This document shows, piece by piece, positions 1 to 7,842 of a stretch of 10,978 nt of DNA. Within the stretch, counting starts at the first letter, position 1; each line of letters begins with the position of its first letter. Source of the stretch: Acidobacteriota bacterium (GTDB lineage Bacteria; Acidobacteriota; UBA6911; JACQSX01); NCBI GenBank assembly GCA_036507075.1, contig DASXQR010000043.1, positions 1-10,978 of the forward strand. The letters are read 5' to 3'. The notes under the pieces were generated by a model, which saw only the letters and a list, made by a program, of their open reading frames with translations, was not told where the DNA came from and did not search any database. A program made the translations under genes and the position numbers.

Positions 1-48
1 ACGCGGCATGCCGCGTCAGAGCTCAGACGCGGCATGCCGCGTCTCTAC
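1..48. repeat. Two copies of a GC-rich perfect palindrome (REP-like, GTAG-type)
   Basis: ACGCGGCATGCCGCGT at 1-16 and AGACGCGGCATGCCGCGTCT at 25-44 are perfect palindromes. The second is followed by CTAC (45-48), which reads GTAG at the foot of the hairpin on the minus strand. The first copy is cut by the window edge. Confidence 0.75.
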
Positions 49-140
49 GTCTGAAAATGCCAAGAGACGGATTGCAGGTACATCCGATTCTAATGTTACA
101 GTTCACTTAGTCGATTCAGCTCGGACAATCGACTCAAACC

Positions 141-1460
141 ATGCGAGAAAGCAAATGGCGCACAACGCCCGCTTCCCGAAGCCTCCCCGAAGTTCATGGG
201 TCGGTTCCCGTTCCTCCCCAAGCCAACTTCTGGCGGAAACTGGCTGTATTTTCCGGACCGGGCTACCTGGTCGCGGTCGGATACATGGATCCGGGCAACT
301 GGGCCACGGATCTGGCCGGCGGATCGCGATTCTACTATACGCTGCTGTCGGTCATCCTGATTTCCAACGTGATGGCGATGGTGCTGCAGTCGCTTTCAGC
401 CCGCCTCGGAATCGGAGCCGGCAGAGACCTGGCCCAGGCCTGCCGCGATCATTTTTCTCCGCCCGTAAGCTTTGTGCTCTGGATCCTTTGCGAAGTGGCA
501 ATAGCAGCTTGCGACCTGGCCGAGGTCATCGGTTCGGCGATCGCCCTCAAGCTCCTCTTCCATATTCCTATTGTGTGGGGAGTCTGCATCACTGCGCTCG
601 ACGTGCTGATGGTTCTTTATCTGCAGCACCGGGGATTCAGGTTCCTTGAAGCGATCGTGGTTTCGATGATTGGAGTAATCGCGATCTGCTTTACCGCTGA
701 GATCCTCTGGTCGCAGCCCAATTGGAAGGCGCTCTTTTTGGGGTTTATCCCTTCCACGGAAATCCTGCGCAACCCCGAGATGCTCTACATCGCCATCGGG
801 ATCCTGGGAGCGACGGTCATGCCCCACAACTTATACCTTCACTCATCCATCGTGCAGACGCGCAAATATGAGGAGACCTTTGAAGGAAAACGGGAAGCGC
901 TTAGATTTGCCACCATTGATTCGACCGTGGCGCTCGGGTTCGCGCTCTTTATCAACGCCGCCATCCTGGTGGTTGCCGCGGCCACTTTCCACAACACCGG
1001 ATATCAGCAGGTCGCGGATATTGAGGATGCGCACCGCCTGCTTTCGCCGGTACTCGGTCCGCCGGCCGCAAGTGTTCTATTTGCTGTCGCGCTGCTCGCC
1101 TCCGGCCAGAACTCCACACTGACCGGAACGCTGGCGGGTCAGATCGTGATGGAAGGATTTCTGAATATTCGCCTTCGTCCGTGGCTGCGGCGCCTGATCA
1201 CGCGGCTGATCGCGATAATTCCTGCAGTGATCGTTGCCGTGCTTTACGGCGAGAGAGGGACCGGCAAACTTCTTATCCTCAGCCAGGTGATTCTCAGCCT
1301 TCAACTTTCATTTGCCGTCGTGCCGCTCGTCAAGTTCACCGGAGAGAAGGGAAAGATGGGGGAGCTGGCGGCGCCTCTTTGGTTGAAGACTGTGGCATGG
1401 ATCATGGCCGTCATTATCACCGGCTTCAACGGTTTTTTGTTGTGGCAGATCATGCACTAA
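141..1460 (+). CDS. mntH: NRAMP-family divalent metal (Mn2+/Fe2+):H+ symporter MntH
   Basis: 439-aa polytopic membrane protein with the NRAMP TM1 motif [11 protein letters not shown], the TM6 motif [13 protein letters not shown] and the transport motif [21 protein letters not shown]. Confidence 0.96.
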   Translation: MRESKWRTTPASRSLPEVHGSVPVPPQANFWRKLAVFSGPGYLVAVGYMDPGNWATDLAGGSRFYYTLLSVILISNVMAMVLQSLSARLGIGAGRDLAQACRDHFSPPVSFVLWILCEVAIAACDLAEVIGSAIALKLLFHIPIVWGVCITALDVLMVLYLQHRGFRFLEAIVVSMIGVIAICFTAEILWSQPNWKALFLGFIPSTEILRNPEMLYIAIGILGATVMPHNLYLHSSIVQTRKYEETFEGKREALRFATIDSTVALGFALFINAAILVVAAATFHNTGYQQVADIEDAHRLLSPVLGPPAASVLFAVALLASGQNSTLTGTLAGQIVMEGFLNIRLRPWLRRLITRLIAIIPAVIVAVLYGERGTGKLLILSQVILSLQLSFAVVPLVKFTGEKGKMGELAAPLWLKTVAWIMAVIITGFNGFLLWQIMH

Positions 1461-1503
1461 AATTGTTCTCATGGAGCACCGCAGATCAGAGGCCTGCAAA
1501 AAA

Positions 1504-1711
1504 TCGGACCCGTACTTTCAAATGCGGATTTTGGAATGCGGAATGCGGAATAATTGTCCGTGGTCGGTGGTCCGTTGTCAGTTGTGTGCATGGCTACGGG
1601 ATCACCTAACGAATAATAGACCACGAACAACGGACCACCGACTACAGGCCACTGACAGCTTTTATTCCGCATTCCGCATTCCGAAATCCGCATTTGAAAG
1701 TGAGGGTTCGG
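1504..1711 (+). repeat. Long nested inverted repeat built from heptamer units
   Basis: Outer arms 1514-1553 and 1662-1701 are 39/40 reverse-complementary (GGAATGC / GCATTCC units) and extend with wobbles to 1504/1711. Inner arms 1560-1578 and 1627-1645 are 18/19 complementary (GTCGGTG, GTCCGTT / ACAACGG, ACCACCG units). Confidence 0.92.
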
Positions 1712-1732
1712 AAAGTGGTGGACGGGTGTACG

Positions 1733-2158
1733 ATGTATAAAAATATCCTCCTTCCTCTGGAAAACTCCGCAAGCGATCGCACTATTCTGAATCATATCGA
1801 GCAGTTGGCACGACTGCACGGATCGAGTCTGCTGCTGATGCATGTTGCCGACGGCTGGGCGGCGCGAAACTATGATCGCCTGGTGCTTCGCGAGTCAGAG
1901 GAGATGAAGAAAGATCGGGCCTATCTTCAAGGGCTTTGCGAAGAGCTGCAAAAGAAGGGTTTTCAAGCCGATTATTATCTAGCTCACGGCGAACCGGCGG
2001 ACGAGATCATACGACTGGTCAAGGATCATAAGATTGATTTGATTGCCATGAGTACTCACGGTCATGGATTGCTGAAGGATCTGCTTCTGGGAAGTGTCGC
2101 GCGCTCGGTTCGCCACAGTGTAGCTGTGCCGGTCTTGCTGCTAAAATCGGAGGGTTGA
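1733..2158 (+). CDS. Universal stress protein (UspA family)
   Basis: 141 aa from the ATG at 1733. N-terminal MYKNILLPLENS and C-terminal DLIAMSTHGHG...LLGSVARSVRHSVAVPVLLLK match the Usp fold. The ORF-track start at 1694 lies inside the inverted repeat and is unlikely. Confidence 0.92.
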   Translation: MYKNILLPLENSASDRTILNHIEQLARLHGSSLLLMHVADGWAARNYDRLVLRESEEMKKDRAYLQGLCEELQKKGFQADYYLAHGEPADEIIRLVKDHKIDLIAMSTHGHGLLKDLLLGSVARSVRHSVAVPVLLLKSEG

Positions 2159-2225
2159 GCACGAATTTTGGGTGAAATTCGTGTGAATTCGTGAAAATTC
2201 GTGACCCAAAATTCGTGCTCAACTC
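2152..2225. repeat. 20-bp perfect inverted repeat with a loop of three decamer repeats; possible bidirectional terminator or REP-like element
   Basis: GTTGAGCACGAATTTTGGGT (2154-2173) pairs with ACCCAAAATTCGTGCTCAAC (2204-2223). The loop 2174-2203 reads GAAATTCGTG TGAATTCGTG AAAATTCGTG. The element overlaps the stop codons of both convergent ORFs. Confidence 0.9.
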
Positions 2226-2581
2226 AGATAATTCACCCGCGGATAACTCTCAAATTCGCTCCGCATTTCTTCAAAAGGCACGGTTCGAAAAACCGAACGG
2301 GATTCTCCGACTTGATAATGGAATTCAAATGGCTGCTCCACTGAACGGTAAGCCGCCGTGCGCCGGTTCAGATCGAGCGCGATCATCGGATCTGCTTCCC
2401 CGCCAAACGCTGATATACGGGCGTTCGTCCACAGCTCCCGAAACAACCCGCGTTCCTGCAACAGAACCTCCATCCCGACAATCGTGGCGGGCAGACTTGA
2501 TTGGCAGATCCGCCTGACGTAGTCCGCGCACAACAGCGTTGCAAGGTAGTAACGGCTATCAAAAAACACCATTGAAATCAT
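2219..2581 (-). CDS. Hypothetical protein (~120 aa), possibly frameshifted at its 5' end
   Basis: Globular-looking open frame filling the gap between usp and the heptamer tract; no family recognised. The N-terminal extension to 2722 in the ORF track is translated repeat. Confidence 0.5.
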   Translation of the reverse strand: MISMVFFDSRYYLATLLCADYVRRICQSSLPATIVGMEVLLQERGLFRELWTNARISAFGGEADPMIALDLNRRTAAYRSVEQPFEFHYQVGESRSVFRTVPFEEMRSEFESYPRVNYLS

Positions 2582-2606
2582 GATCAAGAAACCCAATTGA
2601 CATACC

Positions 2607-2710
2607 TCCGCCTCCCGCCCCCTCTGCCTCCTGCTCCTGTCTCCTGCCCCCTGCCTCCTGCCTCCTGCCCCCTGCCTTCCGCCTCCTGCCTCCTGCCCCC
2701 TGCCTCCTGC
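2607..2710. repeat. Heptamer tandem repeat (CCTGCCY)n
   Basis: Nine full units at 2643-2705 (CCTGCCC or CCTGCCT, one TCCGCCT), a partial unit to 2710, and degenerate units back to ~2607. Confidence 0.93.
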
Positions 2711-2844
2711 AACGGGGTCCACGGCCGTGGTTTTGCCTTCGCTGGTTGACTAAACCGGCCACACGTCAAATCTGCGAAACTTTTTTTGGAAAAGGCTAAA
2801 CCACCAACGGCTTAGGCTAAGACTTGGGCTAAAATCGATCCACG

Positions 2845-3048
2845 ATGTTTCGAATCGTTCTGATGCTCATCGTCCTGGCGTTGCTGGTGTTTTTTCTTAT
2901 TAGCGCCTTCTTCCTTCCCAGGCGTATCGGTCCAGTGCGCGGGACCACAATCCTGAGTCCCTCCATCCAGTTGCAACGCATGCCGGGACTGCCGGCATCG
3001 GGCCCGAAGGCGGAAGCCCCCGGATGTCGGCAGCCAGCCGAAGCTTGA
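2845..3048 (+). CDS. Small single-pass membrane protein (67 aa), hypothetical
   Basis: Strongly hydrophobic N-terminal helix (IVLMLIVLALLVFFLISAFFL) and a Pro-rich tail. Its TGA (3046-3048) overlaps the ATG (3048-3050) of the next gene (TGATG coupling). Confidence 0.6.
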   Translation: MFRIVLMLIVLALLVFFLISAFFLPRRIGPVRGTTILSPSIQLQRMPGLPASGPKAEAPGCRQPAEA

Positions 3049-4451
3049 TGTCCCTTAATTCCATGAAAGCCGCCGCGTCCACCTTGAGTTATCCGGCATG
3101 GATACGCACACACAAGGTCAGCTTGGGCGTCGCGCTGCTCTGCGGACTTGCTTTGCGTCTTTGGATCTGCCTCCATTTTGCCCATTACGGCGGCGATAGC
3201 CCCGGATACGAGAAGCTAGCCGAAAACATGACGGCGCATCACGCTTACAGCATCGGCCAGGCCCCGGATCTTCCTCCCACGGACGCCCGGATGCCGGGTT
3301 ATCCGATCTTTCTGGCGCTGGTTTATGCGATTTTTGGAAAAGAACAGCAGACGGCCGTCCGCATCATCCAGGGGTTCCTGGATGCGACGACCATCCTGCT
3401 CACCGGATGGATCGCCTGGCAGCTCTCACCCCAGGCGACGCGGCTCGTGATCTTTGCGGCGGCTTTGCAGCCCTTCACTGCCGAATACACGGCATCCATT
3501 CTGACTGAGACCTGCGCCATTTTTTTCAGCACTGCAGCTCTGGCTTTCATGCTGGACGCTTACAGGCGCAACAAGGAGCGCAACTGGGCTCTGTCGGGCC
3601 TTGCGGCAGGGGCAGCGATTCTGTGCCGTCCCGATTGTGTTCTATTGCTTGCCGGCGCCGGGATCCTGATCCTGGCGCTTGTTGTCAGGCGCATCCGGTC
3701 AGGCCGCCCCGCGCTTTACTTCTCCGCCGGGTTGCTGCTTCTCTGGGCGCCTTGGATTGTCAGGAATTTGATTTCACTCCGGGAATTCCAGCCTCTGGCT
3801 AATTTCTATGCGGCCGAACCGGGAGAGTTTTCCCCACGGGGCTTCCTGCGCTGGACACAAACGTGGCTCGCCGACGATCGCTTCCTGGACACTCTGCTGT
3901 GGCGTGTCGATGAACGTCCCATCGATTTCGCTGCGCTGCCTGGCTCTGCATTCGACAGCAACCAGGAAAGAAACCGGGTGCGACAGTTGATCACGAGGTA
4001 CAATGAGACACTGGACATGAGCCCGGAACTGGACCGGCAATTCTCAAGTATTGCCGCTGCCAGAATTGCGCGCCATCCGGTGAAGTTTTTTTTAGGGTTG
4101 CCGTTGAAAAGGGCTCTGATTCTGTGGTTCACACCGCATTATGGTATTTTTCCTCTCACAGAAGAACTGCTGCCGTTGTCGAATCTGATCGACGATCCGA
4201 GAGAGTCCATCTGGATTGATGTGCTTTTCTTGTTCAAGGCGCTGGTGGCTGTATTCGCCGTTCTGGCGCTGCTGTTTTCAGACCGGTGGGTTTCTCTGTG
4301 GGGCGCAGGCTCGATTCTGATTAGAACGGCGGCGATGGCAATGCTTCCCAACACCGAGTACCGCTACGTGCTGGAAATATTCCCGTTGCTGCTGGCACTG
4401 GCAGGAGCAGGAGTCTGGATGGTTTTCAGGAAAGGAACGCAGGAAGTTTGA
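3048..4451 (+). CDS. GT-C fold membrane glycosyltransferase (ArnT / PMT_2, GT83/GT39-like)
   Basis: Multi-TM protein with an Asp in the first external loop (GGDSPGY) and the motifs RMPGYP.FLA, ILTE, LCRP, PWIVRN and C-terminal YRY, typical of lipid-phosphate-sugar-dependent transferases. Start set at 3048 because of the TGATG overlap; 3024 and 3063 are alternatives. Confidence 0.8.
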   Translation: MSLNSMKAAASTLSYPAWIRTHKVSLGVALLCGLALRLWICLHFAHYGGDSPGYEKLAENMTAHHAYSIGQAPDLPPTDARMPGYPIFLALVYAIFGKEQQTAVRIIQGFLDATTILLTGWIAWQLSPQATRLVIFAAALQPFTAEYTASILTETCAIFFSTAALAFMLDAYRRNKERNWALSGLAAGAAILCRPDCVLLLAGAGILILALVVRRIRSGRPALYFSAGLLLLWAPWIVRNLISLREFQPLANFYAAEPGEFSPRGFLRWTQTWLADDRFLDTLLWRVDERPIDFAALPGSAFDSNQERNRVRQLITRYNETLDMSPELDRQFSSIAAARIARHPVKFFLGLPLKRALILWFTPHYGIFPLTEELLPLSNLIDDPRESIWIDVLFLFKALVAVFAVLALLFSDRWVSLWGAGSILIRTAAMAMLPNTEYRYVLEIFPLLLALAGAGVWMVFRKGTQEV

Positions 4452-7400
4452 TCGGAAAAAAGGCTGTATTTCACGATCCCAGGGGCCGCAAGCGCAGGGT
4501 CACCGGAACGCTGGTTTTGCTGGCAGGCGCTGTTTCCACCACTTTGGCCGTGTGCTTTGTCATCTCACTCCTGACCAAGCCTTTGCTCACGCGACCGGCG
4601 GACCGGCTGCGAGCTCCCCAACTACGAAAGCCTCCCATTCTTCGTACCCGCCAGGAACGGGCGTTTTACAACACCCTGACGCGCCTGCGGCGCGCAGAGA
4701 AGGATCAGGAACGCCGCTGGCGCCGCGCCGCCTCGGCGCGCACGCAGGCTCAGCCCGTTATCGGTTTCTATGTGAGCTGGGACGATTCCAGTTACGCATC
4801 ACTTCAAAAGCACGTCACCCAGTTGGACTGGGTGGTGGCCGAGCTGTTGCGTTTGCGGCCCGGAGAAGATCCGGTGGCTGAAATCAGGGACGAACGTTTT
4901 TCCGTGGAGGCTGTTCACAAACAGAATCCGAGCGCAAAGATTTTCGCTCTGATCAACGATTTCGATCCGGCGCTCGGAAAGTGGAACGATGAGCTGTTGC
5001 GGCAGGTGCTTTCCGACTCAACCAGGCGGGAAAAACTGCGCAGTCAGGTGCTCGATTTTGTTGTGCAAGGGAAATACGCAGGCCTGTTTTTCGATTTCGA
5101 AGATCTCTCCCGGGAATCACAAAACATGCTGATCGCCTTCCTCCCGGAAATAACAAAGGATCTTGCGGCGCGAAAATTGATTTGTTCCGTGGCGCTGCCG
5201 TTCGCCGATCCGGATTTTGACTATGTCGCGTTCTCAAAGGTCGCGGATTACCTGGTACTGATGGCCTACGATGAGCACTGGCCCACCGCGAAGCCCGGGC
5301 CAATCGCATCGCAAAACTGGCTGGAAGAAAACCTTTTGACGCGTACCCGGGAGGTAAGCCCTCAAAAACTCATTCTGGTCGTGGGCGCTTATGGCTACAA
5401 CTGGAGCAACCAGGAGGCGTCCGCTGAGGAGATCAGTTTTCAACAAGCGCTTCGCACTGCTTCAGAATCCAGCGTGGAGGTGTCCTGGGATCGCATCACA
5501 TTCAATCCTACTTTTGAATACGACGAGCAGGATGGCAGCCATCACAACGTGTGGTTCCTGGACGCGGTCACTCTCTTTAATCAGCTTTCTGCGGCGGAGG
5601 TGTACCCGCTGGGTGGTTATGGCTTTTGGCGCCTGGGCACGGAAGATCCGTCCATTTGGAAGCTGCTGCCCGACTTTACCGGCACGCGGGAAAATGCGGG
5701 CAAACTCTCCGAGATTCCGCCGTCTCTGGAATTGGATTTCGAAGGGCGGGGCGAACTGCTGGATGTCCTGCGATCCTCAGAGCCGGGATCGCGGACCCTG
5801 CGATTCGATTCAAAGATCGGCCTCATCGACAATGAAACCTATACCAGGACGCCCGGCAGTTTTCTGCTTCGACGCCGCGGGTTCCTGCCGAAGCGGCTGG
5901 TGCTCACCTTCGATGACGGACCGGATCCGCAATACACCCCCGCGATCCTGGACATTTTGAAGCAGAAAAACGTAAAGGCGTGCTTTTTCATCGTGGGGCG
6001 CAACGCGGAACTTTATCCCGCGCTGCTGCGCAGGATTTATGCAGAAGGCCACGAAGTCGGGAATCATACTTTTACTCATCCCAACCTCGGCGCCGCTTCG
6101 GAACTGGTCGCGCGGCTGGAACTGAACACCACGCAGCGCCTGATCCAAAGCCTGCTGCACCGCTCGACCATTCTCTTCCGACCTCCCTACGGCATCGACT
6201 CGACGCCGGAGACCGCCAATGAAGTTCAACCGATTATGGTGGCCGATCGGCTGGGTTACATCACCGTCGCTCAGGAAATTGTTTCCGACGATTGGAAAAA
6301 ATTGGGAGCAGAGCAGATCGTGAGCCAGACGATCCGCCAGGCGCAATTGCACCAGCGGGCAACTCTGACGACCAACCCCGGAAATAATATCCTGCTTCAT
6401 GACGGCGGGGGGGATCGTTCGGAAACGGTGGAAGCATTGCCGCAGATCATTGATCAGCTCAGAGAGCGCGGTTTTCAACTGGTGCCTCTTTCTGACCTGC
6501 TCGGCCTTCGACGTGAGGATCTGATGCCCGCGTTTTCCGAAGAAGAGCACTATCTGGTAGACGTGGATCAGTACCTGTTTCTGACGCTGGGTTGGCTGGG
6601 AAGATTTGGACACTGGGCTTACCTGACCGTGATTGTTCTGGGCCTGGGGCGCATCGCGGTAGTCGGTTCGCTTGCGCCGGCACAGTTCTTGCGGCGTCGT
6701 AAAGAGACATTCTCCGGTCAATACCGGCCGCCCGTGTCTGTCCTCATTCCCTGTTTCAACGAATCTAAAGTAATCTCCGGCACCATTGCATCTGTCCTGC
6801 AGTCGACATATCCGAGTTTTGAGGTAATCGTAATCGATGACGGATCTGGAGACGGAACAGCCGATACCGTTAAGGAAAAATTCCAGGATGTGAAGCAGGT
6901 CAAGCTGCTGCGCCAGGAGAATTCAGGAAAGGCAGCGGCTCTGAATCACGGGCTGTCCCATTGTTCCGGTGAAATCATCATCGCGCTCGACGGAGACACT
7001 CAGTTCCTGCCCGGGACAATCGAGTTGATGGTCAGGCATTTTGAGAAACCGATCACCGGCGCCGTCGCGGGCAACGCAAAGGTTGGCAATCGCGTCAACC
7101 TGCTGACCGCGTGCCAGGCGCTCGAGTACATCACCAGCCAGAACCTGGATCGACGCGCGTTCGATCTGCTCAACGGCATCACGGTCGTTCCGGGGGCGGT
7201 GGGCGCCTGGCGCCGATCCCTGATCATGGAGATGGGCGGTTTTGAAGGGGACACTCTGGCCGAAGATCAGGACCTCACGATGAAGGTGCTGCGCAAAGGA
7301 AAAGACATTGTCTTTGAGCCGGACGCAATTGCATATACAGAAGCGCCCGATACTCTGTCCGGCTTGATACGGCAGCGGTTCCGCTGGTGTTATGGAACAC

Positions 7401-7831
7401 TGCAGTGCGTCTGGAAGCACCGTCGTGCCGTGTTTGAGAAGACCAGCGGTCTGGGGAAGTATTCGATTCCAAACGTGCTTTTGTTCCAGGTGCTGATACC
7501 GATTCTCTCCCCGTTCATGGATATCGTCCTGTTATGGAACATCGGTTCTGCGCTTTACGACAAGCTGCAGCACGACATTCCTTTCTGGAATGAAGACATG
7601 GTCCGGGTCGGCTTTTACTATGCGATCTTTGCCCTGGTTGACTGGATTTACAGCCTGATTGCCTTCCTTCTCGAAAAGGAAGACAAGAAGCTGTTGCTGT
7701 TGACCTTCCTCCAGCGGTTGATCTACCGGCAACTGATGTACATCGTCCTATTCCGCTCCATCGCCCGCGCCCTCACCGGGATTTCCGTCACCTGGGGAAG
7801 TCTTGAAAGAAAGGCCACTGTGACGCGCTGA
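4448..7831 (+). CDS. Trimodular GH18-like hydrolase / CE4 (NodB) polysaccharide deacetylase / GT2 processive synthase (PgaC/IcaA-like)
   Basis: N-terminal TM anchor. GH18-like domain: GLFFDFE at 5081-5101, MAYDEH, GFWRLG. CE4 motifs: TFDDGP (5906), HTFTH, RPPYG, DDW, LLHD. TM segment. GT2 motifs: DDGS, GKAAA, DGD (6989), AED, QRFRW (7373). C-terminal TMs. The TTG start overlaps the upstream TGA. Confidence 0.92.
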   Translation: MIGKKAVFHDPRGRKRRVTGTLVLLAGAVSTTLAVCFVISLLTKPLLTRPADRLRAPQLRKPPILRTRQERAFYNTLTRLRRAEKDQERRWRRAASARTQAQPVIGFYVSWDDSSYASLQKHVTQLDWVVAELLRLRPGEDPVAEIRDERFSVEAVHKQNPSAKIFALINDFDPALGKWNDELLRQVLSDSTRREKLRSQVLDFVVQGKYAGLFFDFEDLSRESQNMLIAFLPEITKDLAARKLICSVALPFADPDFDYVAFSKVADYLVLMAYDEHWPTAKPGPIASQNWLEENLLTRTREVSPQKLILVVGAYGYNWSNQEASAEEISFQQALRTASESSVEVSWDRITFNPTFEYDEQDGSHHNVWFLDAVTLFNQLSAAEVYPLGGYGFWRLGTEDPSIWKLLPDFTGTRENAGKLSEIPPSLELDFEGRGELLDVLRSSEPGSRTLRFDSKIGLIDNETYTRTPGSFLLRRRGFLPKRLVLTFDDGPDPQYTPAILDILKQKNVKACFFIVGRNAELYPALLRRIYAEGHEVGNHTFTHPNLGAASELVARLELNTTQRLIQSLLHRSTILFRPPYGIDSTPETANEVQPIMVADRLGYITVAQEIVSDDWKKLGAEQIVSQTIRQAQLHQRATLTTNPGNNILLHDGGGDRSETVEALPQIIDQLRERGFQLVPLSDLLGLRREDLMPAFSEEEHYLVDVDQYLFLTLGWLGRFGHWAYLTVIVLGLGRIAVVGSLAPAQFLRRRKETFSGQYRPPVSVLIPCFNESKVISGTIASVLQSTYPSFEVIVIDDGSGDGTADTVKEKFQDVKQVKLLRQENSGKAAALNHGLSHCSGEIIIALDGDTQFLPGTIELMVRHFEKPITGAVAGNAKVGNRVNLLTACQALEYITSQNLDRRAFDLLNGITVVPGAVGAWRRSLIMEMGGFEGDTLAEDQDLTMKVLRKGKDIVFEPDAIAYTEAPDTLSGLIRQRFRWCYGTLQCVWKHRRAVFEKTSGLGKYSIPNVLLFQVLIPILSPFMDIVLLWNIGSALYDKLQHDIPFWNEDMVRVGFYYAIFALVDWIYSLIAFLLEKEDKKLLLLTFLQRLIYRQLMYIVLFRSIARALTGISVTWGSLERKATVTR

Positions 7832-7842
7832 ACGGCGGGTCT

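Noticed and set aside
54..140. MntR/Fur operator or Mn riboswitch upstream of mntH
   Set aside because: No convincing palindrome or aptamer consensus could be identified by eye.
8..649. 213-aa ORF and other alternate-frame ORFs over mntH
   Set aside because: They overlap a well-supported gene, have Arg/Ser/Pro-rich shadow composition and show no motifs.
1469..1843. ORFs 1469-1843(-), 1471-1740(+) and 1181-1609(+) with ECGMRN / SAFRIPKSAF peptides
   Set aside because: These are translations of the heptamer inverted repeat.
2559..2769. ORFs with RRQEAGG repeats, including the N-terminal extension of 2219-2722
   Set aside because: These are translations of the (CCTGCCY)n tract in all three minus-strand frames.
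2711..2830. c-di-GMP riboswitch upstream of the polysaccharide operon
   Set aside because: GGCAAAACC occurs on the minus strand, but the GNRA tetraloop/receptor and P2-P3 layout of the class I aptamer are not evident, and the strand is wrong for this operon.
5810..6721. 303-aa antisense ORF and other antisense ORFs within the GH18-CE4-GT2 gene
   Set aside because: Typical antisense shadow frames of GC-rich coding DNA, with no recognisable domain.
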